Source of the DNA: Neoconidiobolus thromboides FSU 785
Lineage: Eukaryota > Fungi > Entomophthoromycota
Assembly: GCA_025603075.1 (NCBI GenBank)
Contig: MU626364.1
Location: 1-64,000 of the forward strand
DNA length: 64,000 bases
Direction of reading: 5' to 3'
The translations under genes were made by a program, and so were the position numbers. Of this stretch, positions 35,448 through 47,307 are shown piece by piece (position 1 is the stretch's first letter; each line of letters begins with the position of its first letter). The notes under the pieces were generated by a model. That model was given only the letters and a program-made list of their open reading frames with translations. It made no database searches and had not been told where the DNA came from.

Positions 35448-37610
35448 TTAGGCCCAAACATCTTCTTGGTACCTAGATTGAGAACGAAGTTTCTTTACAT
35501 AGGCAATGGCATGCTCTTCACTCATACCACCCAAATCTTTAGCCATATCAACAAAGCATTGATTGACGTCTTTAGCCATATATTTAGCATCACCACAGAC
35601 GTAGATGGATCCCTTTTGTCTATCAATAAGGTCCCATACTTTCTCTTTTTGTTCTCTGATTAAATGTTGTACATAGACTTTCTTGTCTCCTTGACGTGAA
35701 AAGGCAGTTAACATCTCACTATCTTTCAATGGTTCAAATAACTCTTTCCATTCTTCAGCATACATAAAATCTTCATCACAACGACGACAACCAAAGAATA
35801 ACATAGTTGGTCCGACATTTTTACCACTCTTTGCTTGTGCAGAACGTTCTTGAACAAAGGCACGGAATGGGGCTACACCAGTACCAGGACCAATCATAAC
35901 AACTGGCACTTCTGGATTACGTGGAAGGCGGAAATTGGATTTACGAATATGCATTGGTAATACTACTTTTAAGGTACCATCTTCTTTCTTAGAAGCATTG
36001 AATAAATATGGACTTGGGCCTTCATGTGGACAAGTAAGTAATTCATGGGCAGATAAAAGGAAGTTAGTGAAAAGGCCTTTAACTTTACGTTTAGAATCAG
36101 ATTCAGGAGAGAATTCAAGTACAGAAGCGGTAACATGGACAGTATTAGCATGAACAATATTGCTGGAACTAATGCTGTAGTAACGAGGAGAAACACGGCC
36201 AAGGTTTTCGAGAGTAAGGTTTAATGGGATAGTTGAGCGACTGGATAATTCAACATCTTTTTCCATTTCTTGGACTTTGAGGCAAATTTCTGCCATAGTT
36301 GTACGAGTATTAAGAATTTCATTAGAATATAGAGCAGAGTCGTCAGCAATCTTTGAAATCCATTCTTTGGCCTCTTTAGATTTGATATAAGGTACCAGTT
36401 GTCCAAGAAATTGACGAGAAGGAGCAGAGCAGATATCAACATAAAAGCGGAGGAGAGATGAATAAGTGGTTGGGCTGGCAAACAATTTCTTATTGTTGTT
36501 ACCATCAATACTTTCAATTGAAATAACAGTATCCATTTTCTCAGAAAGACCAAAAGCACGAGCAAACAATTGAACTTCCGATTCAGGGTTGGTGGGCCAT
36601 AGTCCAATATGATCACCAGTTTCGTATTTAATACCAGAATCTCCAAGGTCGACTTCAAGATGAACGCATTTACGATCTCCAGTATATAGTTGACGGGTAA
36701 TTTTGACTGGGGAACAATAAGGATGTTTAGCATCGTAAGTAGTCTTACCTCCCAAGCTTTTAATACATTTATCGTGAAGTTCGCCATTATGTACTAGATT
36801 AGAGTCAACATCAGAAGCTTCAGTAATTTTCAAATTAGAATAAGTAATTTGAGAAGAGGAATCTACAAAGTCAACATTAAGTTCACCACAAATACTTTTC
36901 CAAGTTGCTTCTTTCCAAGAGATAAAATCATCCTCAAGACTTCCGTCATCATCGCCAAGACCTAACTCACCAAAACGTTTACCACCAAATTTAGTAAATG
37001 AAGCATCCAAGTTTTTAGCTACAAGGTTGAAATGTTCATAAGTACGGTTACCAAGACCAAAGAAAGAATAGCGTAATTTTTCTAAAGGTTTATCATCAGC
37101 AGAATAAGTACTTTGTGAAAGAGTCACATCTTGTTCATCTTGTAACATATGATAGAATTCATTTGCATTATCAGTAGGCTCACCTTCACCATAAGTTGCC
37201 ATTAAAAAGATAGCATAAAAATCGTCAGGGAGAGTATCTAATAAATCCATATCATAACATTCAATATCACAAACAAGGCACGATAATCCAAAACGTTGCT
37301 TTCCTTCTTTAGCTAAACGATTAGCAAAGTCTTCAGCAGTACCAGTTTGAGAACCAAAAAAGATGATAATGTTGCTTTGGGTTTGTTGCATTTTTTCAAT
37401 AAAATTGCGAGTAGCCTTTGGCTTTACATTGATCTCTGCCTTTGTTTCAACAGGTTTATTAGATGGTATAATATAATCTCTTAAGAGATATAAACCACAG
37501 AGTGCAACGATACCAGATATTATATAAGTCTCCATTGATAAATTAAAAAACCACGAAGATGTTGTTGTTTCCATAAAAGAAGTTGAGATTGAAGAATTAA
37601 AAGTTTCCAT
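35448..37610 (-). CDS. NCP1: NADPH-cytochrome P450 reductase
   Basis: N-terminal TM anchor; FFGSQTGTAEDFA, MATYGEGEPTDNA, FGLGNRTYEHFN (FMN); PRYYSISSS (FAD); MIGPGTGVAPFR; RYQEDVWA*. Confidence 0.96.
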   Translation of the reverse strand: METFNSSISTSFMETTTSSWFFNLSMETYIISGIVALCGLYLLRDYIIPSNKPVETKAEINVKPKATRNFIEKMQQTQSNIIIFFGSQTGTAEDFANRLAKEGKQRFGLSCLVCDIECYDMDLLDTLPDDFYAIFLMATYGEGEPTDNANEFYHMLQDEQDVTLSQSTYSADDKPLEKLRYSFFGLGNRTYEHFNLVAKNLDASFTKFGGKRFGELGLGDDDGSLEDDFISWKEATWKSICGELNVDFVDSSSQITYSNLKITEASDVDSNLVHNGELHDKCIKSLGGKTTYDAKHPYCSPVKITRQLYTGDRKCVHLEVDLGDSGIKYETGDHIGLWPTNPESEVQLFARAFGLSEKMDTVISIESIDGNNNKKLFASPTTYSSLLRFYVDICSAPSRQFLGQLVPYIKSKEAKEWISKIADDSALYSNEILNTRTTMAEICLKVQEMEKDVELSSRSTIPLNLTLENLGRVSPRYYSISSSNIVHANTVHVTASVLEFSPESDSKRKVKGLFTNFLLSAHELLTCPHEGPSPYLFNASKKEDGTLKVVLPMHIRKSNFRLPRNPEVPVVMIGPGTGVAPFRAFVQERSAQAKSGKNVGPTMLFFGCRRCDEDFMYAEEWKELFEPLKDSEMLTAFSRQGDKKVYVQHLIREQKEKVWDLIDRQKGSIYVCGDAKYMAKDVNQCFVDMAKDLGGMSEEHAIAYVKKLRSQSRYQEDVWA

Positions 37611-37724
37611 AGGTTATTTGCTTCCTTTATAAACTGAAATCAGATTAATTATTGCTTTAACCAATTAAATTAAATGTATATATTTAGTAGGTAAATTAGC
37701 TAAATATAAAATGTTGGGGGGAAT

Positions 37725-37734
37725 TGATTGGCTG
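37725..37734 (-). promoter_or_regulatory. CCAAT box upstream of NCP1
   Basis: CAGCCAATCA on the minus strand, about 115 nt upstream of the ATG. Confidence 0.4.
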
Positions 37735-39874
37735 CTTAATATTGGGGTTTGAAATCTATCGAAGTTTAAAGAAATAAGCCTTTAAAATGTGATAGAATAT
37801 TTGTATTTTTTATAACAATGGTGAAGATGTTTTTTGATCTTTTATACCCTTTAAAACCTTATAATTGTATGATGTAATTTAGATACATTCATTAATAAAT
37901 TTGTTTTTAGGTTAAAAATAAAATAAAATTAAAAACGCTGTCGTGTTTGGTATTAAATCATGTTTTGTTTTAAATTAGTAGTTGGAAATTTTAACCGAAT
38001 TTTTTATATTTGGTGTTTAACCCAGGATAATCTCATCCGACTATTTTGTAAAGTTGAGGGGAAATCGATAATTCGAATATTCTTAGATTTAGCATAAATT
38101 TTTCGTAACCCTTTTTATCTTAATATTTTGGTGAGAGCTCAATCAACAATTTAGAATCATTATACATATCTGATAAAAATTTTATTAATAATTTGAAAAG
38201 CTTCCTCCTAGATGACAGTTAACTTTTCTGCAGTTATTATCACAATTTAATAAGAATAGTATAAACAGGATAGCATTTTCATTAAGGATGATTCTTTCTT
38301 CTTAATTTCGCATGGTATGCTATCAAGTTTTCATTTTACTATGTCAAATTATACTTATAAAGTGATTAAAGAAGTTGTTATTTATTTAAAATAATAGTTA
38401 TAGATAAAAGCTGTATCAATGAAATAATTATAATTCACAGTCAGTATTTAAAAGTATATAATTAACCATAATTAAAGCTGAGTAAGGATTTTCGATCTAT
38501 TAAAGTTTTATTATCAAATTAATATAATAATTTATATTATATAATAGAATACAACAATAGAAATAGAAATAATTAGCCTAAAAAATAAATCATAATGAAA
38601 ATAGCTCTTAGTTAAACTAGATATTATATATTATATTTTAAAAAATTTAAATTTCTTACTAAAATACGAATGAAATAAACTTTATTTATTGACTAGTAGT
38701 TTTATAACATTTTAATAAATTAGGGTAAACAGGTATTTTATATATTTAAAATATTAATAAAAAAGGTTACAAAGTCATTTATTTAATTTGGTTTACCATA
38801 TCTTATACCTTAAAAAAGCTAAAATTCTATTGTTAATTTATTAGCTAAAGATGCTATAAAAGAATGGTTGAATAAATACAAGTCCCCTTTAATCAAACTG
38901 AGAAGATTTAAACTCAGTAGTTTTAATCTATTTATAGAGTCTAATTTTAAATAAACTGATATGAAGCTATTTAATATTATAATCTAATATTATCTTTTAG
39001 TTATTGTCCTAAATTTTATGCATAGTTATAATGATATTTACAATATATTAAAAATAGTTGTTTCAAAAATCTGTTATTAATGATTAACATTAGGCTATAT
39101 GATTATATAATCACCCATGATCATAGAAATCAACTTCTTATACCAATGATCAGTAAAACAATGCTCAAAATATGAAATAACAAATTTTATATTAAATATT
39201 TTCATGCTCTTGTTTATTCAAAACCAATAAATAGATATTATAATTTACAAAAATGTAAAAATAAATAAAAACAAATAGGTGTACTATTATTTTTACAAGT
39301 GGAGCATTTTTCCGCTTAAAAGAGCTGTCAAAAATTTTTGTCGGAAAAAGTCGGAAGCATTTTACACTATTGTGTTTAGAGTTATGCAACTTTTGCTAAA
39401 TCTTAAGGCAAATATTCCGTTATTTATCCAAAAAACAGGAGATATAGGAAAGCTAAATCGGGGCTTAAAACTGGCAGAGTGGAAGGAAATAATAGAAAGT
39501 TATATGATTATATTTATTGATGATAATCATATAGCTTAAATAACATTTTAATTAAGAGTAGTATCATTTATTGAATTGTTTAATTTTATAATAAAGATAA
39601 AGCTTTCCATAATATTTCCCTTGGAATAATTAATTCTATTCATTTCATAGTTAACTACTTATTAAAGTGCAACAAAAACATAATGAGCGCTACTATTTTG
39701 AAGACGGAGGTATTCTGCCTTCGCTGATTTAATAAGGTAAAAATAACTAAGAGCTTAAACATGATATTTTTAATTAAAATGAATATTAATATGGTTATAA
39801 ATTAACAAAAATATTGAGCAAAAATTATTAACTCTAAACTTATGCTTGGGAATTTTTACACCATTTTCAAAATT

Positions 39875-39973
39875 GGGGCTGTTTTTTTGTGTTTAAGAAT
39901 TTTACTAACAAATTTTCCACTTAAATAACGTTTAAAAAATAGAAAAAACAATGAAATCAAAAAAAACACTCCC
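39875..39973 (+). mobile_element. MITE copy
   Basis: GGGGCTGTTTTTTTG...AAAAACACTCCC; flanks AATT/ATAA. Confidence 0.8.
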
Positions 39974-40594
39974 ATAAAATAAAAATTTTAATAAAGCAGT
40001 AATGTTAATCAATAATATAAAAATGATATATGAAAAATTCAAAATTATTTAAAAATGAAAAAAACATAAGATTATGAGGCTTTCAAAAGTATTTTTAAAT
40101 TTTTTAGTATTTATATTATAAGTAATTATTAATATTTTTTTTATTAAATAAATATGAAGTTTTTTTTACCAGCTTTTGATTTTTTTTAGCAATAGTATCT
40201 TAATAAAATATTGATATTTATCTTAAAAAATTATATGTACTTTTTTATAGTTGATAAAATAAACACTTTTACTATATCAAAGGATTTTATTATTTATTTA
40301 TCAAATCATTTTTAAAGTAATATTAAACTTAATTTAAAATTGTATTTTATAAATTTTATAAATTGCTTTCAAATATAAATTAGATTCCTTTAAGATTTTA
40401 TTTTTATTAATATAATAAGTCTATGTATATCAATTACTAAAAATATTTTAAATACAAGTGCTTATTTTTAAAATAATAGCAGTTGATTAAATTAAAATGA
40501 TTCACTTTTTAACCTAAATTTAAGCTTTTACCTAATTTTCCACTATACAAAAACATAGTGCTCTGTCTATGGCTTTTGAGTGCTTTTATTAAAA

Positions 40595-42172
40595 ATGAAT
40601 AAGTCATTATAATCAATTAATCTAGGATTAAACCAGCATAGTGCCAATATTACATGAATAAAAGAAAACACAATTTAGTACTTGGATTAGCTATAAAAAA
40701 TGAAATAGTTGTATAAGGGATTAAAGACCCAGTTAAAAGCCAAAGACATATAATAATGAAAATTTCCACTCACAATACTTTTTATTATTTTAGCCATTTA
40801 AAACAGAAAAAGGGAAGATAGAGAGCGCTATTATTTTCAACTGTAAATATTTTAGGGCATCAAAATTTCATGTGTAAAAATCGGTTTGAATTCGATGCCT
40901 CTACTATGACTGTGTTTATTAAATATTATATTGCTTTTTGTGTTAGGCCATAGTTATGTATTATATAAATTTGCATTAAATAAATGCTCTAAAATATTTT
41001 CTAATAAACTGCTATATATTGAGTTAGAATCTGCAGTTGTAAAAAGGAGCATAAATATTTATCATATTGTGCCGCAACTTACAACTCTCTATTTTCAAAG
41101 AACCAATATATTATTTACATTATTTATAATTAATTTATAAATATAAAAGGGCAAAGTACATTGATTTGTTTCGTGATGATAGTAGCTTTAACACAGATAA
41201 ATGATAATGATAGTTTTTCAAAATTAGAAGTACTTTTAATATTAACTTATTTCCAATGAGATTGATTAAAGATCAACTTAGGTAACGTCCAGTTGAGGGC
41301 CATATTATCAAATATACTAAATGGATGTAGCTTGGCACTACCATCCTACTACTTTTTGAATGCTGATAATTATTATATACTACTAGGTTTACACTTAAAC
41401 CATAAGGGTAGCATTGAAAGGAAATTATACTATTCAGCAGTTATATATTTACTTTGCCTTGATGACCCTTATTTTACTTTGTTATTTGATACCCATAGTT
41501 TATGGAAAAAACATACTGTGACACTGATGTTAAATATGGATGAAGCTATAGAAACAATAACACAATAAGGTTTTTAGCATATTCTACTTATTGTTATAAA
41601 TGTAGTTTGTTTTATAAGCACCTCTTATATTTTATGGTACATATTAATATGTTAAATATGGGTGATGCAAAAGCAACCAAAGTCGATTGTTTGATAATAA
41701 ACTTATGGAGCTTGATTACTGAAAATCCAATAAGTAAATTAGAATATATCAAACAATTCCTTTTAATTAAAGGATTACTCGAAGCTATTGATGTACTTAT
41801 TAATTATGTTAAGATTATTTATCATTCAAGCTGGATTTTTTATTTGATATTAAATGGGGACTATTATCTATAATGAAGGTTTATTTTGTATTCATTTAGT
41901 GAATAAAAGGCCAGAAGATATTGAGCTTTTGGAAGCTAATATATAACAATTAGTTAAGCACATTTGTAATTTAAAGTTGTGGTCTTTTCCCTTTAAATCC
42001 TTTGCATCCTTATAACTTGTACATATCATATATTTTTATTTCAAGTAGATAGATGGTGGGAGCGCTTTAACTAATCAAGTGATATACCAATTTATTGGCT
42101 TTGCCAAAGGTCACCATATGACGTTGTTATCGTTCATTAGTTTTTTTAACACAGATAGTCAATATCAAATAA
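40595..42172 (+). pseudogene. Full-length pseudogene paralog of the Zn2Cys6 gene at 42949
   Basis: Nucleotide colinearity from ATG 40595 (atgaataagtca..aaaccagcatagtgccaa vs atgagtgagtct..agaccagcatgtgaccaa) to about 42170. LALPSYYF..LLGLH..KLYYSAVIYLLCLDDPY matches the intact copy. Multiple stops and frameshifts; the zinc-cluster Cys are lost. Confidence 0.85.
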
Positions 42173-42327
42173 ACTTTTTATAGTTTTAATTTTTCTTGTA
42201 AATACAGCAATTTACAATTGTCTATATACATGATTGATCTCTACACATTTGGCTAAATCTAACCATTGTATTAATTAAAAGGATCAAAGTTAAAATTTTA
42301 TTTGTAGTAAAAGATAGGAATATATAT

Positions 42328-42422
42328 GAAGTGTCTCCTTTGGCTTCAATATTTTGTCCAATTCTTGTATAGTATAAGATTTCAAAAGCATTATTTGTCA
42401 CTGAAATAAAAAAGGCATCCCT
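42328..42422 (-). mobile_element. MITE copy, strongly diverged
   Basis: ATAT|GAAGTGTCTCCTTTGGCTTCAAT...AAAAAGGCATCCCT|ATAT. Confidence 0.55.
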
Positions 42423-42948
42423 ATATATTTAATTTATAGCAAAGCCTACCTACGCATTTGCTTCAAAAGTTAGTAATATAATGAATAGTGTGTTATTTTA
42501 ACCTAAACTCACCTCAATTGTTTTTTTTATTAGTCATTGTTATTTGTTTCTAAAAGTTGTTTAATTCACAAGTTTTTAAAATTTGAAATATTTATATGGG
42601 ATTGTTAGTCACATTTGCTTCTTGCCTTTCCTTTTTGATTTTATGCATAAATTCCTGCTTATTCTTTATCTTTGTACATCTTCTTGAAAAATCAACTTTT
42701 AGGATCGACTGATTGGTTCAAATTTTAACATCACTCAATTTAGTTAACTAAAGTGTGACAATTGTTAATCATTTCACATTACTTTAAATGCCCCCCGTTT
42801 TATAATAACTATGCGATTTGCTATAGTTAAACAAGAGTAATTAACTTTTGAATTCAGGTTTAACTACATTAATACAGTCCTTATTATAGAAACTTTACTA
42901 CGACAAATTAATACTTCATTTATATCCTTTGAGTACTTATGCTGAAAG

Positions 42949-44583
42949 ATGAGTGAGTCTATATCTATAAATCATTTCAGAATTAGACCAGCATGTGACC
43001 AATGTTTCTTCAAGAGAGTAAAATGCGATTTGTCAATTCCCACTTGTAGTAGCTGTATAGAAAGAGGAAAAGCTTGTACAAGACTTCGAAAAAGCAAACG
43101 AAAACCAGTAATGTGTAATAATAAAGATTTCCATTCGCAATCCTTTGTAATATTTCAATCAAATAAACATAATGAAGATAATAGATTGAAAAAAGAAGGG
43201 AAGAAGAAAGATGCTATAGTTCTAAACCACAAATATATTAATCAATTGAAATTCTCTGTGGGTGGGAATCGATTTAATTCTAGTGCTTCTATTGTGTCGA
43301 TGTTTCCTGTTAAAATGTTTCATTCGCGTATAATGTTAAACCAAATTTATTCAGTTTACAAAGTAGTCCCAAATCAGTGTCTCAATTCATATTTTGATAA
43401 AATGCCAGCAAATGCGTTAGAGTCTGCTGTTATGAAAAAGGATACAAATATTTACAATACTATGTCACAGTTGATAGCTCTTTATTTTCAAAGGATCAAT
43501 ATACTGTTACCACTATTTACTTATAGCCAATTCAAGAGTAAGAGAAGAGATGACGTATTGATTTATTCGATGATGCTGGTCGCTTCAACTCAAATCGATG
43601 ATGATAATTTATTAGAGTTAAAAGTATTTTTGAAAGGTAAATTATTAAAGCATTTCCTCCCTAGTAGAGTAAAGATTAATTTAAGTAATATACAATCAAT
43701 GGTTGTATTGTTAAATGGATTGAAAGGAAGTAGCTCAGCACTACCATCTTACTACTTTTCCAACTTGAATAGTTACTGCATATTATTGGGCTTACATCAA
43801 AACTATAGAAACGATAGTGAAAAAAAGTTATGTTATTCAGCAGTTGTATACTTACTTTCTATTGATGACCCTTACTCTAACTTATTATTTGAGACACACA
43901 ATTTATGGAAAAAAGAGAAGGCAATCCCGAAATTAAAAAAGAATGAAACAATCGAAACAATAACTGAGTTAATAATGCTAACATCTTCTAACTATTACTA
44001 TAAATGTGGTTTATTTTATAAACATCATTTTGATACTTTAGTGCATATCAATGCGCTAAATTTAACCAATGCGAAAGTAATTGAAATCAATCGTTTATTA
44101 GAAATTTTATTAGATTCTACTACTCAAACAGTATTAAGTAGATTAGAAGTCATTAAAAAAATGATTTCAAGCAGGGTATTAGAAGATATTATTGATGCAA
44201 ACATAAATCATATTAAAATAATGTATTATTCCAGTTGGCTATTTTTATATGATGTTAAATGTGCAATATCCTATAGCAATAAAGGAAGTTTGTTTAGTAT
44301 TGATCCAACAAGAAAAGTACCAAAGGACCCTCGTCTTTTGGAAACTAATATTAAAGAATTAATTGCTTATAACTCTAAGTTAAGTCCAGAATACTTTTCT
44401 TCAATTCGATTCTTTGCCTTTTTACTTATCATCCATGCTACCTACACTTATTCTAAGTGGTTACACAATGGTGATGCTTTACTTAAACAAGTGTTAGGCC
44501 AATTTGATAAACTAGCTAAAAATCGTTATACAAACTTAATGTCTTTTTTTAATATGATAATATATATGTTCAGCGCTAAGTAA
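42949..44583 (+). CDS. Zn(II)2Cys6 binuclear cluster transcription factor
   Basis: ACDQCFFKRVKCDLSIPTCSSCIERGKAC (CX2CX6CX6CX2CX6C); YFQRINILLPLF resembles the fungal TF middle homology region; intronless, 544 aa. Confidence 0.88.
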   Translation: MSESISINHFRIRPACDQCFFKRVKCDLSIPTCSSCIERGKACTRLRKSKRKPVMCNNKDFHSQSFVIFQSNKHNEDNRLKKEGKKKDAIVLNHKYINQLKFSVGGNRFNSSASIVSMFPVKMFHSRIMLNQIYSVYKVVPNQCLNSYFDKMPANALESAVMKKDTNIYNTMSQLIALYFQRINILLPLFTYSQFKSKRRDDVLIYSMMLVASTQIDDDNLLELKVFLKGKLLKHFLPSRVKINLSNIQSMVVLLNGLKGSSSALPSYYFSNLNSYCILLGLHQNYRNDSEKKLCYSAVVYLLSIDDPYSNLLFETHNLWKKEKAIPKLKKNETIETITELIMLTSSNYYYKCGLFYKHHFDTLVHINALNLTNAKVIEINRLLEILLDSTTQTVLSRLEVIKKMISSRVLEDIIDANINHIKIMYYSSWLFLYDVKCAISYSNKGSLFSIDPTRKVPKDPRLLETNIKELIAYNSKLSPEYFSSIRFFAFLLIIHATYTYSKWLHNGDALLKQVLGQFDKLAKNRYTNLMSFFNMIIYMFSAK

Positions 44584-45393
44584 TAAAATAATATATATGA
44601 AAACTATTTTTTGTTCCAATATTTTGTTAATAAAATGCTCAATTTTATATACTGGATAAAAAAATAAAAAAATAAAAATAAAATAAAAAAAATAAAACAT
44701 TTAGATGCCTTTATAAATATTTCCTAATATAATTATGTTGCAACTTGGACAACTTAAGCATTGAAATTTATTTACTTATATGAATTGATATTTTTATTTA
44801 ATATCACTCGAATTATTGTAAAAAGAAACAGTAAACAACCTTGGGAGAGAATGTATTTTAGTGAGATATTAACTTATTAAAACTAGAAACGTTGCCCAAA
44901 TCGGTACAATATTTTTATATTTGTTCTCTTTAATTTATTAAATGAGAACGTAGTATACTAAAACAGCTTACAGTTAAATATCTTTATCTATTTTTAATCT
45001 AGAGTCAAATATTTTAATATGAATTTAAAGACCTGAAAGAGAATATAGGCCTTAAATTTATATTAAGAGAAATCATTTCTAAATTAAAAAATATAAAAGA
45101 CATCTACCTGTAAGCTGTTTTATCTAATTACTTAGTTAACAGCAACATTAATCTATTCTCAATAATCTTTGTTCTTTAAATAAAGACAATGGATTTTATT
45201 ACAATAGAGTTTTAAATTCAACATCCCTCTTTTTAAAGGATAAATTTAATTACAAGGATGACTACTTTTATCAATTTGAGATAACCTAACATTTAAATTT
45301 GAATTATATTCAACAAAATCGTCAATTGTACCAAGTTCTAGTTTTTTTGACATTACAAACCTAGAATTATACTTTTGAAGTACACAATTCAAA

Positions 45394-45935
45394 ATAAGTG
45401 AAATGGCCCATACTAATAGATCTAGCAAGGATCTACCAGGCGTGTGGTCAATGTTATAAAAGGAAAAGGAAATATGATTTAAAAATGCTAAAATGCGGCT
45501 ACTGGTAGAGAAAGGACCAATTTGTAAAAAGGAAAGAAAAAGCTAGTAAAAACTAAAATATGTGACAATGAAGACTTTCATTCAATGTCTTTTTTAGTTT
45601 AAAAAATTAAATCAAAAAGGAAAAATTAAAAAAGGACAATAATTTTGGAACATAAATAGTTTAATCAATTTAAAATTATTATTAGTGGGAGTAAGTTTGA
45701 TTTTAAAGTTTTGTTATTAATGTGTCCTTTATTAAAATATTATATTATCTTATAATATTATATCAGGGTTATTTATTTTATAAAGTGGCTTTAAACCAAC
45801 ATCTTAATTTTTTGTTTAAGAAAATGTCGGCTGTTAAATTTAATAATACGATTGTTAAGAAGACATTAATATCTATAATGTTATAATATAGCTTATAAAT
45901 ATTTATTTTCAAAGAATTAAATCTGACAGTTGTTA
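45394..45935 (+). pseudogene. Truncated third paralog (5' part) of the Zn2Cys6 gene
   Basis: ATA AGT GAA aligns with ATG AGT GAG (start codon lost). ACGQCYKRKRKYDLKMLKCGYW* shows Cys to Tyr/Trp and a stop. ICDNEDFHSMSFLV matches MCNNKDFHSQSFVI, and tttattttcaaagaattaa matches tttattttcaaaggatcaa. Homology ends at a (TTTTA)n tract. Confidence 0.8.
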
Positions 45936-46138
45936 TTTTATTTTATTTTATTTTATTTTTTTGTAATATTATTATTTATTTATATTATATTTGTACATTA
46001 AGTGCTTTTTATTAATAAATCAATTAGAAGCATTAGTTTTGTTTAATATATTAATTGGAAATAAATTAAACAAATTAACAGAATTTAATTTATTATATGA
46101 ATGTTCTTAGCTGAATAAAATAAAATAGAATAGAATAT

Positions 46139-46237
46139 GGGGATGTTTTTTTTTGGCTTCATTATTTTTTCCATCTTTTAAGCACTATTTGAGTGGAAAA
46201 ATTGTTAGTAAAATTCTCAAATACAAAATACACCCCC
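46139..46237 (-). mobile_element. MITE copy
   Basis: ATAT|GGGGATGT...AATACACCCCC|ATAT. Confidence 0.85.
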
Positions 46238-46465
46238 ATATCTTAATAATAATTTTTTAATCAATCTTATTTATTATTTTTAAGTTAGTTTTATTATTAT
46301 TATTCAGATTGAATTAACAATAATATAAAATATTATTCAGTTAGCTTTATAATTAACTATGTTCTTATATTTAGGCTTTAATTGTTTTATTAGTACAAGT
46401 AATTATTTTTATAAAACTATATACTTTAAATTAATAAAATTGAATAAAATTTTTTAATAATACAT

Positions 46466-46564
46466 GGGGATGTATTTTTGTATTTAAGAATTTTACTAAC
46501 AATTTTTCCGCTTAAACAACGCTTAAAAAATGGAAAAAATAATGAAGTCAAAAAAAATACTCCC
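46466..46564 (+). mobile_element. MITE copy
   Basis: ACAT|GGGGATGT...AAAATACTCCC|ATAT. Confidence 0.85.
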
Positions 46565-46568
46565 ATAT

Positions 46569-46664
46569 GGTGATGTTTTTTTATTTTATCACTTTTTTCA
46601 TTTTTAAGCGCTATTTGAATAGAAAATTGTTAGTAAATTTCTTAAACAAAAGAAATATATACAA
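46569..46664 (-). mobile_element. MITE copy abutting the previous copy and sharing ATAT 46565-46568
   Basis: ATAT|GGTGATGTTTTTTT..TTTTAAGCGCTATTTG..TTGTTAGTAAATTTCTTAAAC; far end decayed. Confidence 0.75.
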
Positions 46665-46826
46665 ATATTGAAAAACTTTTTATGAATGATAATTAAATTT
46701 TTATTTATTTATTTATTTCTATATATATTTTTAATGAAAGAAGCTTTTTTTATATATGAGCAAGTTTGAGAGGTTAGTTAAAATTAAACAAAACTTTATT
46801 AAGTTTTCAAATTAATATATACATAT

Positions 46827-46901
46827 AAAAGTGTTTTGTTTTTTAAGTGTAATCTAAGAGGAAAAATTATTAGTGAAATTATTAAACAAAAGAAAATATT
46901 T
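46827..46901 (-). mobile_element. MITE copy, deleted and A/T-eroded
   Basis: ATAT|AAAAGTGTTTTG..GAGGAAAAATTATTAGTGAAATTATTAAACAAAAGAAAATATTT|ATAT. Confidence 0.55.
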
Positions 46902-47210
46902 ATATATATTATGTGCTTTTATTTAAAAAAAAATTTCTTTAAGTTTTTATTAATAAAATTTTGTTATTGTTTTTTGTTTTAGTTTAATATTATACTAAAT
47001 AAATAAATAATTTTTTTTAAAAAGGTATTATATATGTCTTAAGTTAAGTTATATTATAGTTAACTTTCAAACTATACAACTTATACAACTAATATTTAAT
47101 GTGTCGAGTTTTTTAAATAAGAATAATATATTGCTTTTAGTTTATTAATCGTAAAAATTGAATGCCACTTATTTTATAGTTTATCAAGTATTATATATTA
47201 AATTAAATAT

Positions 47211-47307
47211 GAGGATGTATTTTTTCGTTTAAGAAATTTACTGATATTTTTTCCACTTAATAGTGCTCAAAAAATGAAAAAAGTAATGAAACTAAAAAAA
47301 CACTCAT
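47211..47307 (+). mobile_element. MITE copy
   Basis: ATAT|GAGGATGT...AAAACACTCAT|ATAT. Confidence 0.8.

Noticed and set aside
40741-40840. TTTCCACTC...GAGCGCTATTA looked like another MITE copy
   Set aside because: It aligns instead with the coding sequence of the Zn2Cys6 gene (aataataaagatttccattcgcaatcc; aagatgctatagttct), so it is part of the pseudogene
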